Below, in pieces: positions 12,701-24,477 of a stretch of DNA of 55,903 nt. The notes under the pieces were generated by a model. The model worked only from the letters and a program-made list of their open reading frames with translations, did not search any database and was not told where the DNA came from. Location: assembly GCA_963575745.1 (NCBI GenBank), contig CAUYUJ010000128.1:62001-117903 (forward strand), in the 5' to 3' direction. Source of the stretch: Prorocentrum cordatum (taxonomy: Eukaryota). Within the stretch, counting starts at the first letter, position 1; each line of letters begins with the position of its first letter. The translations under genes were made by a program, and so were the position numbers.

Positions 12701-13008
12701 TAACGGGGAAGTTTTCGGGGTGCCGTCGGGGGTTCAGCTGCATTTAGCGGGTGGGTGGGTGCATGAAGCACACATGATGCGTCTGCATAGTACCCTTAAG
12801 CTTTGGTTTTGCTCTAGCTGCGGGTATTTTGCCAGTCAGGTGATCAGAGGTCTTGGGCAGCCCTGCCCCAGGACCCCGAACTCCAACCGAGCTGAGCATT
12901 TAGCCAGGATCCACAGAGGGCAATGGCCCAAGGTCCTGAGTCGGGCCGAGCTCGCTCGTCGGGGTTCGTAGGTTCGGGATTCGCTTCGCGACTGGTCTCA
13001 CTCACTCA
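9743..13008 (+). mobile_element. Retroelement 1: 5'-truncated non-LTR retrotransposon (RT, Zn finger, RNase H, Cys/His C-terminus)
   Basis: Coding sequence starts directly after (CCT)n and lacks an endonuclease. It ends in (CTCA)3 at 12997-13008, followed by CCT-rich DNA. Confidence 0.85.
9853..12971 (+). pseudogene. Reverse transcriptase-RNase H polyprotein, with frameshifts near 12390 and ~12640
   Basis: RT motifs LPEITGEDI..GQGID, LLPKK..DRIIGL, LLDIDGFYD, IVQG, WVDD, YLGV. Zn finger CPRC..HRIWGC. RNase H FGDASG, PRGELRA, TDNQNV, VNSH, GNTIADELA. C-terminal H..WFCSSCG..L..PC. Confidence 0.9.
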
Positions 13009-14273
13009 CTCCTCCTCACCCTCCTTTTCCTCGTTCTCCTCCTCCACGTCCTCTTGTGGTCGAGCCCCTGCTGCAGCACGATGGCGGCACGACTCTCAGT
13101 CCCTCCTCTGCCCTCCTCCCTCCTCTGCTCTCACCCTGGGAGGGGGAGGGGCCGAGGGAGGTGGTGGTGGTGTGTATGCTTTTTGCTGGCCCCCGGTAAG
13201 TCAATACATCCACACACGGTTGAACAAAAATCAAGGCAATCACTCAATATCACTACGTTTGAGGCGTCTTGAAAAAGTCAACACTTTCGATGTCTGGGGA
13301 GGAGGAGGAGGAAGAAGGAGGGAGGAGGCGGAAGAGGAGGAAGAGGACCCCGGGGGTCTTCGAGGGTTCCGCGGGTCTCCAAGGGGCCCGAGGGTGTCAC
13401 GTATTTAGAGCGGGCCGTCTTCAAACTGTGGCTCTAGCCTCAGCGCCGCGCACATTCGTTTCACAGTTGCAGACATTTCGCGGATTGACGGCGGGTCGTT
13501 CGATCCACTCCCCAGATGTCTGTAATCCATAGCAGGGTTTGTTTTTCGGTGCCGCTCGTGTTTCCACTTCTTTCGTTGGCATGTGCTTTGTTCTCCCTCC
13601 GCTGCACCGCGCGTACTCCTCAGCTCCTCCGTTACCCGCCTCCCCCCGCCCTCCTCCGCTCGCAGCCGCTTCTGCTGCGTTGCCTGCTGCATGCTGCTGG
13701 TGGCCCGCCGATGCCATCCGCTGCTGTTGCTGCGAACGTCGTGATCAGTTCGGCAACAACCTCGCGCGGATCGCGCCCCGTGGGGAGCTTCGTCTGCGGT
13801 CCCAGCAGGGGCGCACCAAAGCGTCTGCAGCCCGCAATGGGCTCCACCCCCAGGCCCAGGGGGGACGCCCCCAAAGCGCATCCGCAGCCATTGCGGCGCT
13901 CCTTTCCCGCGGCTCGCGCCAGTGAGGGAGCTCCGCCCGCGGCCCTCGCGGGGGCGCTCCAGTGGCGTCTCCGTGCCCGCGTCGGCACGCCCCTCGCGAA
14001 GATCGCGGCCATACACCAAAGGCCCCAGTGGGAATTCCCGCGGCGTCTCCGCGCCCGTTCCGGCACGCCTTGTCAAGGGGATGGCGCCCCGCTGGGGGCG
14101 CCACCCACGAGCCCAGTAGGGGCAGTCATCCGTCTTCAACCGGTTGTCTCCCAACGGGGCAAACTCCCTCAGTAGTAAATGGGGGGGGGGGGGGGGGGTA
14201 GGGGGGGGGGGGGGGGGGGGGAATCCCCTGCAGGGGCCCATGAGAGGGAGCTTGGAGGAGGGTTTATTTCCAA

Positions 14274-14846
14274 TAATACCCAGTGCGACCCTACCTAGGA
14301 GTTGGAACCCCTAGGAAAAGCGCATTAGTATAACAGTAACGCTAAGCGGCTGAAGCTAAGCTAAAGCTAAGCTACAACTAAGCTAAAACTAAGCTAACGC
14401 TAAGCTAAAGCCAAGCTACATCTAAACTAAAGCTAAGCTAAAGCTAAGCTTTAGCTAAGCTCAAGCTAAGCTAAAACTAAGCTGAAGCTGAGCTGAAGCT
14501 AAGCTAAAGCTAAGCTAAAGCTAAGCTAAAGCTAAGCTAAAGCTAAGCTAAAGCTAAGCTAAAACTAAGCTAAAGCTAAGCTAAAGCTAAACTAAGCTAA
14601 AGCTAAGCTAACGCTAAGCCAAGCATAGCGAGCCACGCGAAGTGCGAAACGCTAGCGAACGGCTAAGCTAAAGTAAGCTAAGCTAAGCTAGCTAAACTAA
14701 GCTAAAGCTAAAGCTAAAGCTAAAGGGCTCCAGGACTGGGGGGAAACCGCTCCCAGGTGACTGGGGGAACCGCCCGGGGCGCTTTCCACTGCCCGGCCCC
14801 TTTAAGCTAGAGAGTAAGAACCCTTCTAGGCAGAGCCTAGGTAGGG
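14274..14846. mobile_element. Insertion with 11-bp inverted repeats carrying a (GCTAAGCTAAA)n satellite
   Basis: ccctacctagg at 14289-14299 and cctaggtaggg at 14836-14846; satellite at ~14340-14722; absent from the equivalent site at 24031. Confidence 0.75.
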
Positions 14847-15222
14847 AACATCGTTGATGAGTCTTGGGTTTGCACAGGTCCTCTTCCTCCTCCTCCGTCT
14901 CCAGGCGCAGCGTGCTGCGCAAGCGCTGCCACTTCCATGACCTCGCGTGGGGTGCACTCGGAATGCGGTGCCGTACCCACGGTCGGGTCGCAGCTCCCAG
15001 ACTAGCGTCAGGACAGAAGTCGAGTTCGTCGGCCCAGGGATCCGCTTCCTCAGAATCGCCCCAAATGGGGTCTTGGAGATCGTCCTCGGGCCAACCGTGA
15101 CCGTCATTACTGGCGTTCTCGCCGGGAGCATCTGTGCTGGCCGCGCCGGACCCTCGAGACGTCGACCTGGCCGTCTACCACAGATCGCCATGCGATTCGT
15201 GACACCATATGCATCCCGGTTC

Positions 15223-15239
15223 AGGCATTCTGGTTCAGG
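15223..15239 (+). promoter_or_regulatory. Relict dinoflagellate spliced leader (also at 20118-20134 and 24373-24389)
   Basis: aggcattctggttcagg versus DinoSL 3' part agccattttggctcaag (13/17), ~90 nt upstream of the ATG. Confidence 0.55.
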
Positions 15240-15327
15240 CAGACCTGGAGCAGCTTCCCCTTTGTCCGTAATCTGCACACGCGCGAAAACATTTGGCCTG
15301 CGGGTCCTTTCCTTTCAGTTCCGTGGG

Positions 15328-16934
15328 ATGGCGGTCCAGAAGGCACCTTGGACCGTGTGGTCCGCGGTTGCATTCGTCCTCAGCATCAGCGTGCCCATGG
15401 CGACCTCCATCGGTGTGAGCTCCAAGCTGAAGTGTGCAGATGACGACGCCCAAATTATTGCGCTGGCAAGCGGCATCGGCGTCAGCATCAGTGGTTGTGC
15501 TGAGGTGCAGCCTTACTGCGAGAACTCGAAGTATGGCAGCACTGTGCAGGCGACCTGCCCTGCAACGTGTGGCCTCTGCAAGGTGGCCATGCCCAGCAGC
15601 TCCCAGGCGGCGAAGGTGCTAATGGACAGCTCCAGGGGCTCCCGGGACGCGGATGATCAGCAGTCTCTGGACAGGTCTTTGGCGGCGAAAGGGCCCGACC
15701 CGACGCCGAGACCGACGCCGTGGCCGACGCCGTGGCCGACGCGGTGGCCGACGCCGAGGCCGACGCCGTGGCCGACGCCGTGGCCGACGCGGTACCCGAC
15801 GCCTAGGCCGACGCCGTACCCGACGCCGAGGCCGACGCCGTATCCGACGCCGAGGCCGACGCCGTACCCGACGCCGAGGCCGACGCCGTACCCGACGCCG
15901 AGGCCGACGCCGAACCACCCGACGTGCCCGAGGCCGAACGCCTTAGCCCGCAACGAAGCCGACCGCCGAACCGACGCCCTCCGCCGCGGCCGTACCCGAC
16001 GCCGAACCCGACGCCGCACCCGACGCCGTACCTCGACTCCGAATGCCCGGACGGCCGACCCGACGCCGAACCACGACGGCCCGAACCCGACGCCTGAACC
16101 CGACGCCGAAACCCGACGCCGAACCCGACGGCCCGTACCCGACTTCCGAATCGACGAGCTCTGAACCCGACCCCCCCGACGCCGAACCCGACGCCGAACC
16201 CGACGGCCTTCCCGACGCCCTACCCGACGGCCTTCCCCACGCCCTTCCCGACGGCCTTCCCGACGCCCTACCCGACGGCCTTCCCGACGCCTTACCCAAC
16301 AGCTTTCCCGACGCCCTACCCGACGGCCTTTCCGACGTCCTTCCCGACGCCCAGCCCGACGCCCAGCCCGACGTATCCTCTGAGTTGGCCGACGCCACAT
16401 CCAACGTTTCCTCACGCAGGTCCTACGGCGGGCGGAGCTGGCGGAGGCGTGGCTGCCACTGGCGATCCCCACCTTCAAAACGTTCACGGCGAGCGATTCG
16501 ATCTAATGCAGGCGGGCAAACATGTTCTGATAAACATTCCTCGTGGTGTGAGCGCTGAAGACGCATTGCTTCGTGTGCAGGCCGATGCCCGCCGCGTGGG
16601 TGGAAGTTGCTCGGATATGTACTTCCAAGAACTGAACATTACTGGCTCTTGGGCAGAGGCTAAGCAAGTTGGAGGGTATCACTACAGCGTGCAGCAAAGC
16701 GTAACGAAGACTCCGCAATGGGTTACTCTCGGTCAGGTTGACCTGAAAGTCGTCCATGGACGCACAGAGAGTGGCATCCTGTACTTGAATGTGTATGTGA
16801 AGCATTTGGGGCGATCAGGGTTTGCCGTCGGAGGTCTGCTGGGGGAAGACGACCACAAGGACGTGATGACTCCCCCGGCATCTTGTACCAGACACATTTC
16901 TTTGGTAGGAGTAGTGACGAGCGGGATACTTTGA
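15328..16934 (+). CDS. Array gene copy 1: secreted ShKT-like + Pro/Thr repeat + GDPH (vWD-like) protein; frameshifts at ~15915-16200
   Basis: Hydrophobic N-terminus [28 protein letters not shown]-x20-C-x6-C-x12-[11 protein letters not shown](R/W/Y/N) repeats; [22 protein letters not shown]; no introns apparent. Confidence 0.8.
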
Positions 16935-17735
16935 AACGGTGGGTATATGACAAGTGCGCTCCGGGTGACGCATGCGGTAGTGCTTTCCTGATGGTCATAA
17001 TAGAATAGAAGTATGAACCCCCAAGTGCAAGCACTGTTTGGGGAAGAGGCCTCTAAAACATTTCGCGGATGCAGGACATGACCCCCTCTGGTGCCATCTA
17101 TGACAGTGGTAGAAGTGTGGCTTCAGACCGACGTCCCCGTGGCACCCGAATTCCCCAAATGTCCGTCCTCTCTGCCTTTCCTTCGCCTCCCCTTCCCTCC
17201 TTTCAGGAGGGACGTGAGGCCGATTGTCCAGAGAGGACGCCTCATGTGTCCGCTTTCATTTTGCGGTCCGCACGCGTCCGCGCTTGCGCACACGCCTCAT
17301 GGAAGGTACTTCTGTTTTGGCCTGGTGAGGTTGATCTGCCGCCCTCGATGAGGCCGCCGCAAGGCCCGCGCTGGAACAGAAGGTGCACGTAAGAATCTTG
17401 CATCGCATACGTAGCGTTGTTGCGGATCGCATACGTAGCGTTGTTGCGGCAGTAGTCCTTCCGCCGTTCGGAGACACGGCTCCAATGCAATGCCCCCCTT
17501 CGGCAGCCGCACACCCCTCCAGGATGCCTTAGCCCTCGCCTTGCCATTCCACTCATGTGCTGTCAGAGGTTGGGGGGTGAGACCGAGGTGAAACGTGAGA
17601 TGCACCAACCGGGAAATCGCACGTGCGTGCGGGCGAGGCGAGGCGAGGCGAAGGTGCGCGAGTTCGCAGATTGGTTAGGGGCTAGGGCCAAGTCAGGCAA
17701 GAATGAGTCGCCCCACGCGCTGGCCGTGGTGTGAA

Positions 17736-18080
17736 GATGGTCCCGCTAGTTGTCCGGATGGTTGTCCCCACAGTTGTCTGGGCGATTGTCCCGATGGTTG
17801 CCCCGATGGAAATCCCGATGATTTTCCCGATGGTTGTCCCGACGGTTGTCCCGATGCTTGTTCCGATGGTTGTTCCGATGGTTGTTTCGACGGTTGTCGC
17901 GATGGTCGTCCCGATGGTCGCCCTGATAGTTGTCTCGATGGTTACCCCCGTGGCCGTCCCGCTGGTTTTCCCGATGGGCGTCCCAATGGCCCGATGGTTG
18001 TCCCCGATGCTTGTCCCGATGGTTGTCCTGATGGGCGTCTTGATGGTTGTCTCTCTGGTTGCCCGATGGTTTTCCGGATG
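17736..18080. repeat. 12-bp minisatellite (GATGGTTGTCCC)n; second copy at ~22575-22920
   Basis: Direct reading; source of the MVVP/DGCP pseudo-ORFs. Confidence 0.9.
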
Positions 18081-19196
18081 GTTCTACAGCTGTCCTGTGT
18101 TGGGTTCTTGTCTTCCTCCTCCTTCCTCCTCCTTCCTCCGTGCCTCCTGCCTCCTGCCTCGCCGTCCTGTCTGGGGCTCGCTGGGGGCCTGTGAACTGCG
18201 GAATTGCTGCCACTTTCGAGGGCTGCTGGGGGGCCAGCAGAGTTCGGACTCAGATTGGACCTCGCCATCCCTAAGGAGGCGTGCACTGCGAAACTGTTGC
18301 CACTTTGGAAGGCACTCGGGGCAGTCCCGTGGCAATGCCCTGAGCATCAGGGCAATCACGTGGGCCACGTCCTCATCCTCCATTCCCTTTCCTTATATAT
18401 CCTTGTCGCACCCCGAGGCTGGTCGAAAAGGCGGGCGGGGCGTTTCGCGTTTATAACATTGAAGTTTCAACCTTTGCAAACATGTCACGTATTTAGAGCG
18501 GGCCGTTTTCAAACTGTGGCTCTAGCCTTGGTGCCGCGCACATTCTTTTCACAGTTGCACACATTTCGCAGATGTGTAGTCTATAGCAGGGTTTGTTTTT
18601 CGGTGCCGCTCGTGTTTCCAATCTTCTTTCGTTGGCATGTGCTTTGACTCCTCCTCCTCCGTTACCCGCCTCCCCCCGCCTTCCTCCGCTCGCAGCCGCC
18701 TCTGCTGCGTTGCCTGCTGCATGCTGCTGGTGGCCCGCCGATGCCATCCGCTGCTGTTGCTGCGAACGTCGTGATCAGTTCGGCAACAACCTCGCGCGGA
18801 TCGCGCCCCGTGGGGAGCGTCGCCTGCGGCCCGCAATGGGCTCCACCCTCAGCCATTGCGGCGCTCCTTTCCCGCGGCTCGCGCCAGTGAGGGAGCTCCG
18901 CCCGCGGCCCTCGCGGGGGCGCTCCAGTGGCGTCTCCGTGCCCGCGTCGGCACGCCCCTCGCGAAGATCGCGGCCATACACCAAAGGCCCCAGTGGGAAT
19001 TCCCGCGGCGTCTCCGCGCCCGTTCCGGCACGCCTTGTCAAGGGGATGGCGCCCCGCTGGGGGCGCCACCCACGAGCCCAGTAGGGGCAGTCATCCGTCT
19101 TCAAACGGTTGTCTCCCAACGGGGCACTTCCCTCAGTGGAAATGAATCCTTGCAGGGGCCAATGGAGAGGGAGCTTGGAGGGAGGGTTTATTCCAA

Positions 19197-19741
19197 TTAT
19201 CCCAGTGCGACCCTACCTAGGAGTTGGAACCCCTAGGAAAGCAGCATTAGTAGTAACAGTAACGCTAAGCTAAAGTTAAGCTAAAGCTAAGCCACAGCTA
19301 AGCTAAAGTTAAGCTAACTTTAAGCTAAAGCTAAACTAAAGCTAAGCAACATCTAAGCTAAAGCTAAGCTAAAGCTGAGCAACAGCTAAGCTAACGCTAA
19401 GCTACAGCTACGCTAAAGCTAAGTTAAAGTCAAGCTAAAGCTAAGCTAAAGCTAAACTAAAGCTAAGCTAACGCTTAGCTAAAGCTAAGCTACAGCTAAG
19501 CTCAAGCTAAGCTAAAGCTAAGCTAAACGCTAAACGAAAAGCTAAGCGTAACGCTAAGCTAAAGCTAAGCTACAGCTAAGCTAAAGCTAAGCTAAAGCTA
19601 AGCTAAAGCTAAAGCTAAAGCTCCCAGGGGACTGGGGGGAACCGCTCCCAGGGGACTGGGGGAACCGCCCGGGGCGCTTTCCACTGCCCGGCCCCTTTAA
19701 GCTAGAGAGTAAGAACCCTTCTAGGCAGAGCCTAGGTAGGG
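19197..19741. mobile_element. Second copy of the IR-bounded (GCTAAGCTAAA)n insertion
   Basis: Inverted repeats at 19211-19221 and 19731-19741. Confidence 0.75.
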
Positions 19742-20225
19742 AACATCGTTGATGAGTCTTGGGTTTGCACAGGTCCTCTTCCTCCTCCTCCGTCTCCAGG
19801 CGCAGCGTGCTGCGCAAGCGCTGCCACTTCCATGACCTCGCGTGGGGTGCACTCGGAATGCGGTGCCGTACCCACGGTCGGGTCGCAGCTCCCAGACTAG
19901 CGTCAGGACAGAAGTCGAGTTCGTCGGCCCAGGGATCCGCTTCCTCAGAATCGCCCCAAATGGGGTCTTGGAGATCGTCCTCGGGCCAACCGTGACCGTC
20001 ATTACTGGCGTTCTCGCCGGGAGCATCTGTGCTGGCCGCGCCGGACCCTCGAGACGTCGACTTGGCCGTCTACCACAGATCGCCATGCGATTCGTGACAC
20101 CATATGCATCCCGGTTCAGGCATTCTGGTTCAGGCAGACCTGGAGCAGCTTCCCCTTTTTTGTCCGTAATCTGCACACGCGCGAAAACATTTGGCCTGCG
20201 GGTCATTTCCTTTCAGTTCCGTGGG

Positions 20226-21795
20226 ATGGCGGTCCAGAAGGCACTTTGGACCGTGTGGTCCGCGGTTGCATTCGTCCTCAGCATCAGCGTGCCCATGGCG
20301 ACCTCCATCGGTGTGAGCTCCAAGCTGAAGTGTGCAGATGACGACGCCCAAATTATTGCGCTGGCAAGCGGCATCGGCGTCAGCATCAGTGGTTGTGCTG
20401 ACTGAGGTGCAGCCTTACTGCGAGAACTCGAAGTATGGCAGCACTGTGCAGGCGACCTGCCCTGCAACGTGTGGCCTCTGCAAGGTGGCCAGGCCCAGCA
20501 GCTCCCAGGCGGCGAAGGTGCTAATGGACAGCTCCAGGGGCTCCCGGGACGCGCAGTCTCTGGACAGGTCTTTGGCGGCGAAAGGGCCCGACCCGACGCC
20601 GAGACCGACGCCGTGGCCGACGCCGTGGCCGACGCGGTGGCCGACGCCGAGGCCGACGCCGTGGCCGACGCCGTGGCCGACGCGGTACCCGACGCCAAGG
20701 CCGACGCCGTACCCGACGCCGAGGCCGACGCCGTATCCGACGCCGAGGCCGACGCCGTACCCGACGCCGAGGCCGACGCCGTACCCGACGCCGAGGCCGA
20801 CGCCGTGGCCGACGCCGAAGCCGACGCCGTATCCGACGCCGAAGCCGACGCCGAACCCGACGCCGAACCCGACGCCGTACCCGACGCCGAACCCGACGCC
20901 GAACCCGACGCCGTACCCGACGCCGTACCCGACGCCGTACCCGACGCCGTACCCGACGCCGTACCCGACGGCCTTCCCGACGCCGAACCACGGCCGAACC
21001 GACGCCGTACCCGACTTCCAAGGGCCGACGCCGAACCCGACGCCGTACCCGTCTCCGTACCCGACGGCCTTCCCGACGCCCTACCCGACGGCCTTCCCCA
21101 CGCCTTTCCCGACGGCCTTCCCGACGCCCTACCCGACTGCCTTCCCGACGCCTTACCCAACAGCTTTCCCGACGCCCTACCCGACGGCCTTCCCGACGTC
21201 CTTCCCGACGCCCAGCCCGACGCCCAGCCCGACGTATCCTCTGAGTTGGCCGACGCCACATCCAACGTTTCCTCCCGCAGGTCCTACGGCGGGCGGAGCT
21301 GGCGGAGGCGTGGCTGCCACTGGCGATCCCCACCTTCAAAACGTTCACGGCGAGCGATTCGATCTAATGCAGGCGGGCAAACATGTTCTGATAAACATTC
21401 CTCGTGGTGTGAGCGCTGAAGACGCATTGCTTCGTGTGCAGGCCGATGCCCGCCGCGTGGGTGGAAGTTGCTCGGATATGTACTTCCAAGAACTGAACAT
21501 TACTGGCTCTTGGGCAGAGGCTAAGCAAGTTGGAGGGTATCACTACAGCGTGCAGCAAAGCGTAACGAAGACTCCGCAATGGGTTGCTCTCGGTCAGGTT
21601 GAGCTGAAAGTCGTCCATGGACGCACAGAGAGTGGCATCCTGTACTTGAATGTGTATGTGAAGCATTTGGGGCGATCAGGGTTTGCCGTCGGAGGTCTGC
21701 TGGGGGAAGACGACCACAAGGACGTGATGACTCCCCCGGCATCTTGTACCAGACACATTTCTTTGGTAGGAGTAGTGACGAGCGGGATACTTTGA
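20226..21795 (+). CDS. Array gene copy 2; a 4-bp CTGA duplication at 20398-20405 causes a frameshift and stop
   Basis: Same domains as copy 1; ORFs 19842-20405 and 20332-21795 join across the duplication. Confidence 0.8.
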
Positions 21796-24477
21796 AACGG
21801 TGGGTATATGACAAGTGCGCTCCGGGTGACGCATGCGGTAGTGCTTTCCTGATGGTCATAATAGAAAAGAAGTATGAACCCCCAAGTGCAAGCACTGTTT
21901 GGGGAAGAGGCCTCTAAAACATTTCGCGGATGCAGGACATGACCCCCTCTGGTGCCATCTATGACAGTGGTAGAAGTGTGGCTTCAGACCGACGCCCCCG
22001 TGGCACCCGAATTCCCCAAATGTCCGTCCTCTCTGCCTTTCCTTCGCCTCCCCTTCCCTCCTTTCAGGAGGGACGTGAGGCCGATTGTCCAGAGAGGACG
22101 CCTCATGTGTCCGCTTTCATTTTGCGGTCCGCATGCGTCCGCGCTTGCGCACACGCCTCATGGAAGGTACTTCTGTTTTGGCCTGGTGAGGTTGATCTGC
22201 CGCCCTCGATGAGGCCGCCGCAAGGCCCGCGCTGGAACAGAAGGTGCACGTAAGAATCTTGCATCGCATACGTAGCGTTGTTGCGGATGTAGTCCTTCCG
22301 CCGTTCGGAGACACGGCTCCAATGCAATGCCCCCCTTCGGCAGCCGCACACCCCTCCAGGATGCCTTAGCCCTCGCCTTGCCATTCCACTCCTGTGCTGT
22401 CAGAGGTTGGGGGGTGAGACCGAGGTGAAACGTGAGATGCACCAACCGGGAAATCGCACGTGCGTGCGGGCGAGGCGAGGCGAGGCGAAGGTGCGCGAGT
22501 TCGCAGATTGGTTAGGGGCCTAGGGCCAAGTCAGGGCAAGAATGAGTCGCCCCACGCGCCGGCCGTGGTGTGAAGATGGTCCCGCTGGTTGTCCGGATGG
22601 TTGTCCCCACAGTTGACTGGGCGGTTGTCCCGATGGTTGCCCCGATGGAAATCCCTATGATTTTCCCGATGGTTGTCCCGACGGTTGTCCCGATGGTTGT
22701 TCCGATGGTTGTTCCGATGGTTGTTCCGACGGTTGTCGCGATGGTCGTCCCGATGGTCGCCCTGATAGTTGTCTCGATGGTTGCCCCCGTGGCCGTCCCG
22801 CTGGTTTTCCCGATGGGCGTCCCAATGGCCCGATGGTTGTCCCCGATGCTTGTCCCGATGGTTGTCCTGATGGGCGTCTTGATGGTTGTCTCTCTGGTTG
22901 CCCGATGGTTTTCCGGATGGTTCTACAGCTGGCCTGTGTTGGGTTCTTGTCTTCCTCCTCCTTCCTCCTCCTTCCTCCGTGCCTCCTGCCTCCTGCCTCG
23001 CCGTCCTGTCTGGGGCTCGCTGGGGGCCTGTGAACTGCGGAATTGCTGCCACTTTCGAGGGCTGCTGGGGGGCCAGCAGAGTTCGGACTCAGATTGGACC
23101 TCGCCATCCCTAAGGAGGCGTGCACTGCGAAACTGTTGCCACTTTGGAAGGCACTCGGGGCAGTCCCGTGGCAATGCCCTGAGCATCAGGGCAATCACGT
23201 GGGCCACGTCCTCATCTTCCATTCCCTTTCCTTATATATCCCTGTCGCACCCCGAGGCTGGTCGAAAAGGCGGGCGGGGCGTTTCGCGTTTATAACATTG
23301 AAGTTTCAACCTTTGCAAACATGTCACGTATTTAGAGCGGGCCGTTTTCAAACTGTGGCTCTAGCCTTGGTGCCGCGCACATTCTTTTCACAGTTGCACA
23401 CATTTCGCAGATGTGTAGTCTATAGCAGGGTTTGTTTTTCGGTGCCGCTCGTGTTTCCAATCTTCTTTCGTTGGCATGTGCTTTGACTCCTCCTCCGTTA
23501 CCCGCCTCCCCCCGCCCTCCTCCGCTCGCAGCCGCCTCTGCTGCGTTGCCTGCTGCATGCTGCTGGTGGCCCGCCGATGCCATCCGCTGCTGTTGCTGCG
23601 AACGTCGTGATCAGTTCGGCAACAACCTCGCGCGGATCGCGCCCCGTGGGGAGCGTCGCCTGCGGCCCGCAATGGGCTCCACCCTCAGCCATTGCGGCGC
23701 TCCTTTCCCGCGGCTCGCGCCAGTGAGGGAGCTCCGCCCGCGGCCCTCGCGGGGGCGCTCCAGTGGCGTCTCCGTGCCCGCGTCGGCACGCCCCTCGCGA
23801 AGATCGCGGCCATACACCAAAGGCCCCAGTGGGAATTCCCGCGGCGTCTCCGCGCCCGTTCCGGCACGCCTTGTCAAGGGGATGGCGCCCCGCTGGGGGC
23901 GCCACCCACGAGCCCAGTAGGGGCAGTCATCCGTCTTCAAACGGTTGTCTCCCAACGGGGCACTTCCCTCAGTGGAAATGAATCCTTGCAGGGGCCTACG
24001 GAGAGGGAGCTTGGAGGGAGGGTTTATTCCAACATCGTTGATGAGTCTTGGGTTTACACAGGTCCTCCTCCTCCTCCTCCTCCTCCTCCTCCTCCTCCTC
24101 CTCCGTCTCCGGGCGCAGCGTGCTGCGCAAGCGCTGCCATTTCGTGACCTCGCGTGGGGTGCACTCGGAATGCGGTGCCGTACCCACGGTCGGGTCGCAG
24201 CTCCCAGACTAGCGTCAGGACAGAAGTCGAGTTCGTCGGCCCAGGGATCCGCTTCCTCAGAATCGCCCCCAATGGGGTCTTGGAGATCGTCCTCTGGCCA
24301 ATCGTGATCGCCTTACTGGCGTTCTCGCCGGGAGCATCTGTGCTGTCCGCGCCGGACCCTCGAGACCGGTTCAGGCATTCTGGTTCAGGCAGACCTGAAG
24401 CAGTTTCCATTTTGTCCGTAATCTGCACACGCGCGAAAACATTTGGCCTGCGGGTCCTTTCCTTTCAGTTCCGTGGG

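Noticed and set aside
13480..13515. tRNA or SINE B-box (gttcgatcc)
   Set aside because: No cloverleaf or A-box is evident, and the segment is absent from the other two array units
14340..14722. Telomeric repeat
   Set aside because: The unit GCTAAGCTAAA is not TTTAGGG-like and is internal to an insertion
14947..15327. N-terminal extension of the array genes given by the ORF track
   Set aside because: It starts at a non-ATG codon, spans the SL relic and has indels between copies; ATG 15328 before the signal-like peptide is preferred
17703..18456. Metallothionein-like DGCP or MVVP protein
   Set aside because: Translation of a 12-bp minisatellite that is open in several frames
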